A DNA stretch of 64,000 nucleotides from Podospora anserina (Eukaryota). A model generated the notes under the pieces. The model was not told the DNA's origin and did not search any database. It was given only the letters and a program-made list of their open reading frames with translations. Both the position numbers and the translations under genes were made by a program. The stretch covers positions 496,001 through 560,000 of the forward strand of contig CM030335.1 in assembly GCA_017654855.1 (NCBI GenBank), written 5' to 3'. This document shows, piece by piece, positions 26,027-36,801 of the stretch (its first letter is position 1; every line of letters starts with the position of its first letter).

Positions 26027-26956
26027 CTACCAATCCAAAAAATACGCAATCCCATCCAACAACGCACTCCCCCCCACAGCAGCATGATCCATCCCCGCAT
26101 ACTCCTTCACCGCCACATCCCTCATCCTCCCGCTCCCCACAAGCCGATCAAACAGCTCATGACTATACCTCCCCGGCCCAAACCTCTGCAAAAGATTCTT
26201 CCTCGCCTGAAACTGGGACTCCGTCTGCGTCCTCCTCCTCAGCGGGTAATCCTCCAACTCGCCATATCCGATAAAGACCGCTGGCTTGGTCTGGTTCTGC
26301 CCAAACTCAATGTCACCAGGGATGTCCATCCCGTCTCCCAACCTCCGCGTGACATTCATTAGGACCGTCTGGTTCATCAACGTGAGTGATGGACTGGCGG
26401 CGATAAATGTATCGAATAAGTCGGGTTTCGTGATCAAGGCGTAGGTAACGAAGAGACCCCCGCTTGAATGGCCGTATATAGCGTCCCGAGTGAAGTTGAC
26501 GTTGGGGAAGATGGTGTCCTGCACCCAGGGGCGGAGGGTGAGGTTGATGAAGTCGATGAAGGTGTCTGCACCCCAGGGAACGGGGTCGCCGGGGATGGGG
26601 GCGCCGAAGTCGATGCTGCGTTGGGTGAGGGCGTAGACGTTGTCTGTGAGTGGGTAACCAATACCGACGACCAAAGCATCGGGTTGGGAGGGGTCGACGG
26701 GTTTGCGGCGTTTGAGGTGGTCGGCTGCTGTTGAGGCTAGGGCGTTGCCGTCTGTGACGTAGACTGTCAAGGCGGTTTTGTTGGTTATTTCTGCTGTGGG
26801 GAGAGAGGAAGGGCCCCATTCGAAGGGGTAGGAGAGGGAGATTTGGTAGGTTACGTTGGAGGAGGGAGAGGAGGTGGCGTTGTAGAAGAGGGTGTTGGGG
26901 AGGAAGGCTGGGGGGAGGGGCGGGAAGGGGGTGAATGTCCAGGGGGCAGTGGCCAT
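26027..26956 (-). CDS. IroE/EstB-like siderophore esterase (alpha/beta hydrolase)
   Basis: YVTDGNA, LVVGIGYP, GADTFIDFI, GHSSGG nucleophile motif, IAASPS, C-terminal DH. Confidence 0.85.
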   Translation of the reverse strand: MATAPWTFTPFPPLPPAFLPNTLFYNATSSPSSNVTYQISLSYPFEWGPSSLPTAEITNKTALTVYVTDGNALASTAADHLKRRKPVDPSQPDALVVGIGYPLTDNVYALTQRSIDFGAPIPGDPVPWGADTFIDFINLTLRPWVQDTIFPNVNFTRDAIYGHSSGGLFVTYALITKPDLFDTFIAASPSLTLMNQTVLMNVTRRLGDGMDIPGDIEFGQNQTKPAVFIGYGELEDYPLRRRTQTESQFQARKNLLQRFGPGRYSHELFDRLVGSGRMRDVAVKEYAGMDHAAVGGSALLDGIAYFLDW

Positions 26957-27611
26957 TGTGGTGTGTTTGATGTCTAGTTTGTCTCTAAGTGAATTTAACA
27001 GTTGGATTGGATGGCGAATTGATAGATAGCCTGCTCACGATGTGTTCAGGGCTTGAGGCAAGCATTATGGAATGAAGAAGTGAGATCCAATTCCTGCGTG
27101 CATGGCGGGGTGCTCGGACTCGGTTCAATATCCCCGCGGTACGTCCCAACTTGTAATAGTCTCGGCAAATATCAGTCCGAGTAGCGCCATCAACAACAGG
27201 TCACAAGTTCAGCTCGAGGGAATTAATTGTAGGTATGATGGGTTAGGTGTATGACACAAGACACGGCCAGTATCCCGAACAGCAGTTCAACAGTTCGCTG
27301 ACATGAACCTGAGTTATGGAGCTAGCTACCTTACCTTAGTCAATTGTATAGCTCTTGTGCTACCTAGTAACTTGTAGCTCGATGCTACCCCCTCACTTTA
27401 GCGCCTTCATGCTATTTACCACGTGACATTTATGGAAGTTCCAGCTTCATCTTGTTGGTTCGAATTCTTCATGGAGGTGGTCCTGTTCCTGAATCTTAAT
27501 CCATTCTCCCTTTAGGCATGCTCCCACGGTCACCCACCTGCTCGAACAAAGACGAAAATACGATGCTTCGAGACTGAGGCACCCTAATATTAGTTTCGTC
27601 CTGCAACAATA

Positions 27612-29300
27612 ATGAGGCTCATTGACACTACAACGTTGAAGTTACGCGAGTTCACGGCGTACACCACTTCCGACTATCCAAAGTATGCAGTGCTCTCTCA
27701 TACATGGGGCGCCGAAGAGGTCACCTTCCAGGACATGATGACGGAACCTCTACCTTCTGAAAAGAGAGGATTTGCAAAGATCAAAGCGACTTGTGAGCTT
27801 GCCCGGATTGACGGTGTGAACTTTGCCTGGGTCGATACCTGCTGCATCGATAAGTCTAGCAGTGCCGAGCTTACCGAAGCGATAAACTCCATGTATGCCT
27901 GGTATCGGGCTTCAGAAACGTGCTACGCATTCTTGGAAGATCTGGAGTCAACGACCGAAATCAGCGCAAGTTCAGACTTTGCAAAATGCCGCTGGTTTAC
28001 GCGCGGTTGGACCCTTCAAGAGCTCATCGCCCCAACAGAGCTCAAGTTTTACGATAAGAATTGGGTCTATCGGGGGTCCAAACACGATCTTGCAGTCACA
28101 CTCAAGGCGATTACACGCATACCAATCGGAATTTTAAAGCGTGAGCAGGAGCTCACCACAAAGTCTGTGGCACAGCGGATGTCGTGGGCGGCCTTCAGGG
28201 AGACAACGCGCATAGAAGATGAGGCGTACTGTCTGCTTGGCATATTCGGCATTCACATGCCTCTCATTTATGGAGAGGGCTTCCAGGCTTTCCAAAGGCT
28301 CCAGCAGGAAATTGTCAAATCTATTGGTGATATGACCATTTTGGCATGGGGCTCTGTCCAGGGCGGCCAAGGCTCTTCAGAGGGCCTCCAGGGTCTTTTT
28401 GCACCCTCCCCAGATGCGTTTTGGATCCCCGGTGTCATCAATTGCCTCCCAAGTCTTCCCGATATAACCATAACCACAAGAGGTCTCAGGGTGTCGCGAA
28501 ACACTTGGATGCCTCTCTGGATTCATGGAGCAACCTACTATTTGATTGTGGGTGCTTTCAGTCCCTGGACTGAACGTGTCAGCACCATGCAGTCTTCATC
28601 GGTCTCAGCTCTTCGACTGTCAAAGATAGGGCCGGGAATCTTTCTGAGAACAGGGCTGGATACCGAGGTCCCTGTAGACGCTCTATATGCTCAGCATCAT
28701 CAGTCCGAGTACTATCTTCTTACAGATATTCCCAGTCAGATAAACGACATTTACGTTGGATACCGGAAGCATTCACTCCACGTCGAAGTCAACAAGACGT
28801 TCCACGTGGAAGATGCAGTTCCCCATTCGCTGTGGGATGACGCAGACAAGATCTTTCTCCGAGAAAGCGCCTGGCAACCACATGCCCGCATTCATTACAA
28901 TGTGGTTCTTGGTGTGAGATTCAAAGGGATCGGCGACTTCAGTGCCATTGAAGTGGTTGTACTCCTTGACTTATCCTCGCATCTAGCGAGCCTTATTATC
29001 TTCCAAGCCTCGCAGGCACCCAGGCTCGTTTCAAAGCTCTTCGGCCCAATGTCGAAAGAGCATTCGATGATGCTGGCTGACTTGGAGCATCTGAATGATT
29101 CTGAAACCAGCTTGGAAAGCTTTGTAACTGTATCCACTGACAGGGGACCCGCGAGGATCACACCGGTACTTACTGAAACGGAAGATGTGTTTCTATCGTC
29201 TGAAGAGGAAGGCAGTGCCATTCCAGTAGCCAACCTCCAGCTTCAAATTTGGGACATTGGTGACAGCGCAGATTCCCAGCTGGTGACCGGCGAGAAGTGA
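27612..29300 (+). CDS. HET-domain protein (HET-E-type N-terminus)
   Basis: MRLIDT, YAVLSHTWG, WVDTCCIDKSSSAELTEAINSMYAWY, WFTRGWTLQELIAP, RMSWAA, DEAYCLLGIF; intact 562-aa ORF. Confidence 0.93.
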   Translation: MRLIDTTTLKLREFTAYTTSDYPKYAVLSHTWGAEEVTFQDMMTEPLPSEKRGFAKIKATCELARIDGVNFAWVDTCCIDKSSSAELTEAINSMYAWYRASETCYAFLEDLESTTEISASSDFAKCRWFTRGWTLQELIAPTELKFYDKNWVYRGSKHDLAVTLKAITRIPIGILKREQELTTKSVAQRMSWAAFRETTRIEDEAYCLLGIFGIHMPLIYGEGFQAFQRLQQEIVKSIGDMTILAWGSVQGGQGSSEGLQGLFAPSPDAFWIPGVINCLPSLPDITITTRGLRVSRNTWMPLWIHGATYYLIVGAFSPWTERVSTMQSSSVSALRLSKIGPGIFLRTGLDTEVPVDALYAQHHQSEYYLLTDIPSQINDIYVGYRKHSLHVEVNKTFHVEDAVPHSLWDDADKIFLRESAWQPHARIHYNVVLGVRFKGIGDFSAIEVVVLLDLSSHLASLIIFQASQAPRLVSKLFGPMSKEHSMMLADLEHLNDSETSLESFVTVSTDRGPARITPVLTETEDVFLSSEEEGSAIPVANLQLQIWDIGDSADSQLVTGEK

Positions 29301-29498
29301 TGGTATATGAGAGACCAACGAGTGAATGAAGACGGGAGTGCTTAGGAGAAATATCGCTGGATGATTTGGCCCGTTCCCATTATACGTAGGCTTCAACTAA
29401 GTTCTCATCAGGATCTTGGTCAGTATACTGATCTAATCTTCAAACTACCTGTAAGTATATGAAATTTCTACAGAAAGATAGACTTTAGAGATAAATAC

Positions 29499-31067
29499 CT
29501 ACTTGACCCTGATTGTCTCATTTTTGCTCCATCCAGAAGATGAAAGCACCTGGGCTGTTCCAACAGCATATCCTGCGACTCGTAGCCCTCCGTTTCTCTC
29601 TTGTCCTACCAACATAAAGAGGTTATTCTCAGGATCAGACCAAGTAGGATAGCTTCCGTTGAGATAGTTCTTCTTTTCTCCAAGGTGAACCGCGTATGGT
29701 GGCAACGATGATCCACCTTGCACGTCGATTATGTCCCATTGTTGATGTCTATGATCCCGTATACTGTGAGCCCCCGTGCCCGTGGTGTTTTCAGATCCCC
29801 CAGAAGCAGACACAATCACAGAGGCAACTGGTGCTGTGACATTGACATAGCCGTCTTCATCGACAAAACCGGTCGGGGCACCCTGTAACCACCAAAGCAA
29901 CCCATTCTCCATGGCATCTTCATCCCCCAAATGCGCCTCAACACCTTCCCCAAGCTCCAGAATATTTGGTGCAGTTGAGAAAACCTTACCTGGAGGCAGG
30001 CTTGGAATCACTCCAAGCCACTCAGCCCGGCCACCTCGAGCCAAAATCTCTCTCATGAGAGCGAGTGCTGCCTTTAGCCTGTCATCGTGTCCAAATTCCC
30101 TTGCGTCCAAAGACACTCCAAACATGCCCATAATACTGAGAATCATATCCACAGGCCGATACGCAACACGCATCATGGCCGCCCGCCAAATCGCCGAGGC
30201 CATCCCCTCCTTCCCCTTCAGATCCAGCGCCCCAATCAGCGCATTCCTCTGCACCCTGTCCCCGGGCCGTTTATCCCCCACTATCAAGTTCATTTCCAAC
30301 TTCTGTTTCTTTTCCTGCGTGGGATCATCTTCCGATTTCGTAACCAGATAAGTCGCCCTAGAAGACGCCGCCAACAAAGACACCAGCTCCGTCATTCCCG
30401 CCCCTGACTCGTCACCCTCCACTTGTTCAACATGCAAGTAGAACAGCGACTCTAGATAACAAGTGCCATGGGTCCATGAAAATAACACCTTGCAACGGGG
30501 CGGTGCGATAGCTTCTTGGAGAGTCCATGCGCGGGAGACCCAGTTGGTTTCTTCCTCAAGGGCGACAAGTCGTGACAAACCTCCAGGGAGGATAAGACAG
30601 ACGTGGCAGTGCTCATAGATGGAGAACATTCTCTGGATCTGCCAAGCCTTGTCGTCTTCGTCCCCTTGCTTGATGCAGAGGCCGTCGAGCCAGAGGAGGG
30701 GGCATTCAAGCTGGAGGGCGGCGCGGCAGGCGGTGCGGAGGGCGGGGAGGGAGATGGGGTCGGCGTTGAAGGCGGATTTGATGGTCATTGTTGGGGGTGG
30801 GTTGGCGGTGGGGTTTAAGGGGGGGACGCCTTTCCAGACGTAGGAGATGGCGGCGTAGCGGTTTTTGGGCAGGATGTCTGTTTCGACTACTCGGAGATAA
30901 CTGCCGTTGGCGAAGGGTTTGGCGTCGATGAACCGGTACCGAGCTGCGGGTACTTGGTCGAGGGAAATGGGGGCCGTGGAAAGGGACTCGAAGGGAAGCT
31001 TCAGGACGCATGGCATGGAGTGAAGATCGTCGGCCTGTCCACCAGCTGGTTTTTCGGGGTTCTCCAT
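29499..31067 (-). CDS. HET-domain protein (divergent subtype)
   Basis: YAAISYVW, LWLDGLCIKQ, DKAWQIQRMFSIY, WVSRAWTLQE; intact 522-aa ORF. Confidence 0.9.
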   Translation of the reverse strand: MENPEKPAGGQADDLHSMPCVLKLPFESLSTAPISLDQVPAARYRFIDAKPFANGSYLRVVETDILPKNRYAAISYVWKGVPPLNPTANPPPTMTIKSAFNADPISLPALRTACRAALQLECPLLWLDGLCIKQGDEDDKAWQIQRMFSIYEHCHVCLILPGGLSRLVALEEETNWVSRAWTLQEAIAPPRCKVLFSWTHGTCYLESLFYLHVEQVEGDESGAGMTELVSLLAASSRATYLVTKSEDDPTQEKKQKLEMNLIVGDKRPGDRVQRNALIGALDLKGKEGMASAIWRAAMMRVAYRPVDMILSIMGMFGVSLDAREFGHDDRLKAALALMREILARGGRAEWLGVIPSLPPGKVFSTAPNILELGEGVEAHLGDEDAMENGLLWWLQGAPTGFVDEDGYVNVTAPVASVIVSASGGSENTTGTGAHSIRDHRHQQWDIIDVQGGSSLPPYAVHLGEKKNYLNGSYPTWSDPENNLFMLVGQERNGGLRVAGYAVGTAQVLSSSGWSKNETIRVK

Positions 31068-31258
31068 AATATCAAAGTAAAACGATGAGGTGTTTGAGGT
31101 AGAGAATACAAACCTCTGACACTGTCAGATTCGCGAGAGGTGTTGGGCCGTGATGCGATGTGAGTGGCTCCCGTCCTGCCTCTGACCAGCCACCTTGCCT
31201 CGATGACTACGATGATATCCCCAGACCTTTGTGAGGCGTAGGACCATTCGATCCTTTC

Positions 31259-31292
31259 ACATACGACCCATATCCAGCTGAAAAACTCGGGA
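31259..31292 (+). pseudogene. Truncated 5' fragment of a 5S rRNA gene
   Basis: ACATACGACCCATATCCAGCTGAAAAACTCGGGA closely resembles the 5' end of Sordariales 5S rRNA (ACATACGACCATACCCACTGGAAAACTCGGGA, recalled from memory); similarity stops abruptly. Confidence 0.6.
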
Positions 31293-31822
31293 GCAAAAAG
31301 GTGGTATGAAATATATTCGTAACTACGGTCGTTGATCTGATCGCCCTGATTGCTGGAGGTACCAAGTGGATAGGACTGATAATAAATCAACCTTACGTCG
31401 GGCACTGGCATGTGATAGCCGTGGCTCGGTGTCTGCCTGAGTGTTGGTGAGATGTGTTCGAAAGCGGCACTGAGACTTGATTGCGGTCGCAGGTTTGGTT
31501 TGGAATATACCGAGTCCCACGGCGTTAGATGCTTGCAGGCTCACGGACGAGATCAAATCGTAAAATGAGTTTGGAATTGAAAGAGGCCTGATGGCGATAG
31601 TCCCTGTATCAGCTCGTGACTGACCCCTCATCCCCTGCCAAGATCTCTGGTCGACATTTCGCTTCAGCGCCTGCCACTACAGAAAATTCGTAAATCCGTC
31701 GGAGCTGCATCTCACTCCTCGTACATTACTTAATGCGCCCAATCCCCGCAATCCAAAAAAAAAAACTGTGGCTCAAGCTTCCCCATCACATCGTAATCTT
31801 GACCGACTCCGCCACAGACGCA

Positions 31823-32634
31823 ATGAACACCCTCAGCCCGCACCCTTCGTATATGCTCCAGGATGAGTTTTTCTGCATACGTCAAGTTCAGGATCAGGCG
31901 CTCACGACAGGTTTCGTTCCATTGACAACTCTATCCATGAAGTCAAGCAGGGACTCGAGGGCCTCACGGTCGAAGTGAGGGCACAATTCGCCAAGATCGA
32001 CGTACAATTTGCCAACATCGACGCACAATTCAAGGAGGTCAGGATCGAGTCGCAGCACATGGCTGCTCGCTTCCATAACAGCACCCTGAAGAACCCTGCC
32101 ATGAGAATTGTACCTGTTTTTATACTTGACAGTTTCAGAGAAATCGCCAGCCCTGACTCCAAGAACTTCCCTCGGAACGCCAAAGAGTTTTACAGCATGT
32201 GCGATAACCCGAACGAGCGTCTCACCAGGATGTTGCATTACCTTGTTGGCTTCTACGACGTCCAGTTGGACCACCAGGAGCTGTCACATTCCGACTCGGA
32301 AGCCATCGATGACGTCTCCCCTGGACAGAGAGTCGAAACGACATGGGTAGCAGTGGAGATGCTAGAAAGCATCCTCGGTCTCAACGAGGAAAACTTTATC
32401 AAGTTCAAGGAAAGGGCAGCTGCCCTCGTGCACCGCTCTCCCCAGCCACCCATCAAGCGCCCGAATCCACCGTCCACAAGCATCGACGAAGGCAAGCGGA
32501 AACTTGCCTCTCGACCATCCCAACGAGCGCCCACGAAGCCCAAGAGCTTCGGTTCCGGCGAGGAAGATCAGATCTTCGGGGAGAACAGTCATCGGAAACC
32601 TCTTCCTCACAGCAAAGAATGCCTCCCGCGTTAA
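31823..32634 (+). pseudogene. Heptad-repeat/coiled-coil hypothetical gene with 5' frameshifts
   Basis: F-x-x-I-D heptads (FRSIDNS...FAKIDVQFANIDAQF) then NSTLKNP...NFPRNAKEFY; ATG 31823 is out of frame and needs shifts near 31870-31900. Confidence 0.5.
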
Positions 32635-33022
32635 AGGACTTCCGCTCGCTGGACTCGAAAGAGGACCCATCGAAAGCCCAACAAATACATTTTCAACGCC
32701 AGAGAGGCGGTAGTGCTCTATCTAATCAATTACATGGAACCTCCTAAAGCCGCTGAAGCCCACCTTGACAGAGCTGGTGATTTTGATCGCACGTGCTGGT
32801 GGAAGAGGCTTAACATGGTTTGACAATTCTCGCCATTGCAAAGACACAGAGGAGTGACAGCGTGCCAAGTCCCGTGTTTGATGAGCCGACATCGGAGATA
32901 TCCCCGAAACGGGCCACCGCGCGACCGTACGTATTTGCGGACTGTGTGCAAGGGTTAGGGGTTTAGGTGTGACTCAGTCACCAACTGGTATTTCACGCAT
33001 TTCTCTCTGTAATATTATACCT

Positions 33023-33120
33023 AAATACTTGTCCCGTACAGACGTATCCCATACTGTGCCTTTCCCGACCACGTTCGAGAAGAGTTGGGTGACGACAGCG
33101 GCGACGAGAGCCCTCGCAGT
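33023..33120 (-). pseudogene. Relic of a Spok-related nuclease/kinase family gene
   Basis: Minus-strand translation ARALVAAVVTQLFSNVVGKG, then after small frameshifts QYG and YVCTGQVF; matches the recalled motif AAVITQLFSYMIGKGIQYGYVCTG of Spok-like fungal proteins. Confidence 0.6.
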
Positions 33121-33747
33121 CCTTGTTAATCACGTCTCGTCGCAAGACATGGAGATAGCTAACCTAGGACAGAGTTTTGTGGGATTTGTCAAGCAGTGCC
33201 AGCTAGTGCCACGTATGCCTTTCCAGCGCAATGTGTCTGAACAACCAGTCAAGAAGCATGTATTAGCAATATACCTAGTATCACTTCAAGAACCTCGAGT
33301 ACTAGTTAGTCTTGCCAGTGTGCTTCTTATCTTCGAACGAGTACCATCGCTGTGACCGACGCCATCGACTCGGATACCTTGCGCGAGTTCCGGCACTTAA
33401 CAAGTTTACCTCGTGATGGATGATGTCCGGAACTGCGGTGCGGGACTAGTGTCTTCTAATTCTATGGGCATTTACCAGCTTCCTTTCTGCTAGCTACCCA
33501 ACACCGCCCTTACCGCGCAGCCACGTAAGACACGAGTTCTGTCAGAGAATCCCGCCAATAGGTCTTGGAGCTCCAGAGTATATGACCTCCCTCTCGCTCC
33601 TCTTCCCTTTCCTTTCCCCTTATCCTTCATTCTTTTCTCCCCTCTGATGCCTGACGAATCAACCACCGGACCAGTGACTTCGGCATTCTCCACCCGCGCA
33701 ACTAAAAGTCACAACCGGACTCGCTGTTCGACGCTACCTGGTATAAA

Positions 33748-34140
33748 ATGGCCATCACCTATGTGCGACCGGACGACCGTCTCCATCTGCAAAGCATCGC
33801 GAGCCTATTTAGTGCCGCATCTAAGATTGTGACTGTCACAGGAGCTGGCATCAGCACAAATACAAGTATTCCTGCAAGTATCCCCGCTTCTCTTCCTACC
33901 CACCTCTCTCCAGACTTAGGATTTCCGATCAAAAATGGCATTTATTCCCTCAAAAATCGCCGCCTCTTTCATTCTTCAGTTCTGTCTGATCCAAAAAAGC
34001 GGCCTATCTTCTATAGAGACATCACCAAGATACGTCAGGCCGTTAAGGACGCCAGGCCAACAAAAGCACATTGCTTCATCCTTAGTTTACGTAATGCTAG
34101 TAAGCTGGTTCGGGGCTATACCCAAGCATCCCAATCTTGA
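33748..34140 (+). pseudogene. Sirtuin (Sir2/Hst3-Hst4-like) pseudogene
   Basis: KIVTVTGAGIST..IP; a GCAAGT...TAG intron 33874-33919 restores IP-DFRS; frameshift in the A5 run 33931-33935; PTKAH and YTQ, truncated where NID is expected. Confidence 0.8.
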
Positions 34141-34279
34141 TTCCCTTTCACGGAAGAACGTACATCCACCTCATCATAGGTAGCTGAACCTCCAGCATGG
34201 GCACTTCCATCCTACACCTATTTCAAGATACAGGTATCCGTCCGCAATCCCCCATCGTCAACTACATTCGCTCCGGCTC

Positions 34280-34816
34280 TCACCAAGTACACGGAACCTC
34301 ATGAAACGAGTCCAAAAAACAAGGCTTCATGGCAGCCGTGCAGTGTCCTCCTCCAAGCTCTGTCGTACAAGTCCGAGTTAGTACAGTCCCAAACAAAGGT
34401 AAAGAAGAGAAATGAAGTCAGAACGAGGTGTTTACCAAGAGCCTTGAAAAGACCAAGCCTCTGGCTTGAATCACACGGGATAAATCCGCAGAAGTGGAAG
34501 AAGAGAGAAACTGCATACCTCGCGCGCCCCGCTGTTTGATACACCTCTTCGGCCGGTTGCTAGCAAGAAAATGACCGCGGCCACCCGCCCAGTCAATGCA
34601 AAGCTCATAAATCCCCGGCACTCCAGTAGCGTCGTTGTATAAGCACCCTCCCCGGGCATCAATCCTGTGCAGCCCAAAGTCGGTATACCAGAGGCCCACG
34701 CGTTCCGGGCAGTCGATCCCTGAGCCGGGAGGGCATTTGGAGTAGACGGACATGCCGTCGGCGGTCACAGTGGTGATCAAGCCGGCGAGGATGGCGGTTA
34801 GGCTGGGGAAATGCAT
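34280..34816 (-). CDS. Small secreted Cys-rich protein ending EVPCTW
   Basis: Signal peptide MHFPSLTAILAGLITTVTA; exons 34816-34519 and 34359-34280 (GTATGC...CTAAC...ACAG intron) give ...ELGGGHCTAAMKPCFLDSFHEVPCTW*. Paralog of 35990-36388. Confidence 0.85.
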
Positions 34817-35989
34817 TGTTGTTGCTTGTTTTTGGTGAGTCCTAGCGGTGGCAAGCAACGTGGAGGAAAAGGTCGATGGAGATGCGTGAGGAAGGGGACG
34901 GTTGAGGTTAGATGGATGATGGAAAATGAGGGGGATGGAAGGGATAGAGGACGGTATTTATCAACAGTTAGGCCTGTCAAGGGTCCGATTGGCAAACGAC
35001 TGAGAGGATGAAGCTGGTGATGGGCTGCATGGCTATCAGTATGAAAATTCACAAAGGTTGAAACGTTGGTGGATGAGGCTACCGCAAATAGAACCAATAT
35101 TCGTGACATAATAGATATTGCCGAGGAGTGAGGTTTACGTATGCCTTGGACCCAGCGGCAGCGGTGAAGACTCTCCGTGGCGGAGTTACCAGAACATTGT
35201 TTGATTGTTGTTTGGTTTAACCATGTTGCTTGGAAATTTCTATGCTGTTGGTTGCTAGTGCACTTCATTACTGGGGCTACAAGGTTGCCGAGCATGGGTT
35301 ACCGATTGGGACCCAAGACTACTTAGTGGTGGTGCTGTTGGTAGAACAGACCTTCGGATATGGATTAATCATAGCAAATCTCTACAGTTGTGTTGGTAAG
35401 CCGCATGAAAAGTCTTGAAGACCCATCATCGCGATTGACTAGCCCCAACAAGTCAGCTTGACTAAATTCACGATACTTCAAGCCCACATCACTGGAGCCT
35501 GTGATGTCACTTTACTCGACGAGGGAAGGTACCCTGCTTGGGAACTTTCTATCATTGTTTGCAACCAACAATCTACTAGCGACCAGGTGGATATACAAAT
35601 ATTTTATCCGAGTGGTGAATCATTCTCCAATTCCATCAAGGTACGCAGTGATGGCGGTCTGACGCGTTATCACTGACCCCGGCATCTACCAGCATCGTGA
35701 TATTGGATTGACAGCACGCATTACCATTCCCAATCCGTGTATGGGGACGTGACCCCAAGAAGACACCATATGGACAGCAGGAGATCCCAGACTATAAATC
35801 TCCATGCTTCCCTTGTTCCAAGTCAAACACCACTCCACCCACATCGCCCTATCCTGCTATCATCTCCATCTCAACCTCAACCGCACAACCTTGTCACCCC
35901 TTATCCAAGTAAGTCCACTCCGAGCCGAGTTCTCAGCCTGAAATCCCTATGAAACAAACGCCTAACCCCCAATCTCCAGCGTATCTATC

Positions 35990-36388
35990 ATGCGCCTCAG
36001 CACTCCCTTAGCAGCGGCAGCAACTCTGCTCCAATCCGCCACCCTCGCCTCAGCTGAAGCCTGGACCTTGTTCTCGTTCATCGACATGGAGCCCTTTCAA
36101 CCGAACTGGGACGGCGGCCTCTGGCACACAGACTTTGGCTCCCACAACTTCAAGATTGAGAACGAAGATGGCTGCTGGAAGAACGTCGGCGTGCCCTCCA
36201 TCGCTGAGGTTTGCGTCGACATTGTGCGCACCAGAGCCCACTTCATCGTCAGCGGGACTGGCCGGAGGCGGTGCATGTTTCTTGACCGCGGCAAGCGCGG
36301 CTCCAAATCTGCTTTGAAATGCTTCCGCGATACCTACGACCATTCCTGCTTTATCGAGCTGTGGGAGGAGGTGGACTGCACGTGGTAG
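35990..36388 (+). CDS. Small secreted Cys-rich protein ending EVDCTW
   Basis: Signal peptide; shares GLWxTDFGxH, GC, GVPxIxExCxD, RxHF, RC and EVxCTW with 34280-34816; probable 5'UTR intron (~35909-35979). Confidence 0.85.
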   Translation: MRLSTPLAAAATLLQSATLASAEAWTLFSFIDMEPFQPNWDGGLWHTDFGSHNFKIENEDGCWKNVGVPSIAEVCVDIVRTRAHFIVSGTGRRRCMFLDRGKRGSKSALKCFRDTYDHSCFIELWEEVDCTW

Positions 36389-36801
36389 ATTTTGGAAGTG
36401 CTGTTTTGGTAGGGTAGAAGGATTGGAAATTGTGATTGCCCACCCAGTTCAGGGAGGATGGGATGGGACGGTGGGAAGAATACCCAAGATGTCTTTCATA
36501 GTGAGAGAAATACAACCTCAACCTGACTTATCTCCGCTGTTACCAGTACAGTGAGAAAGATGAAAATATTTCTTTTTAGACGGCCATCTGACCCAGGGTA
36601 CCTATAACGAATGACTGTCGAATAGAAAAGCTGATGGTCAACATGACCTATTGGACGGTTACAAACGCCACCGTTGCCAATAGTTGGGAATGTTGGTGAA
36701 CGATATTGATAGAACGGTTTCCGGAACCAACGCAATCCCCTTAACCTCTTCCACTGACCATCAACAGGCACTTCCTTGCCCCTGGCACGGATAGATTTCC
36801 G

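Noticed and set aside
32952-32968. GGGTTAGGGGTTTAGG telomere-like sequence
   Set aside because: Only about two imperfect units; expected by chance.
33083-33100. AGTTGGGTGACGACAGCG resembles the 3' part of 5S rRNA
   Set aside because: Needs gaps and is fully explained as the antisense of the AVVTQL codons of the Spok-like relic.
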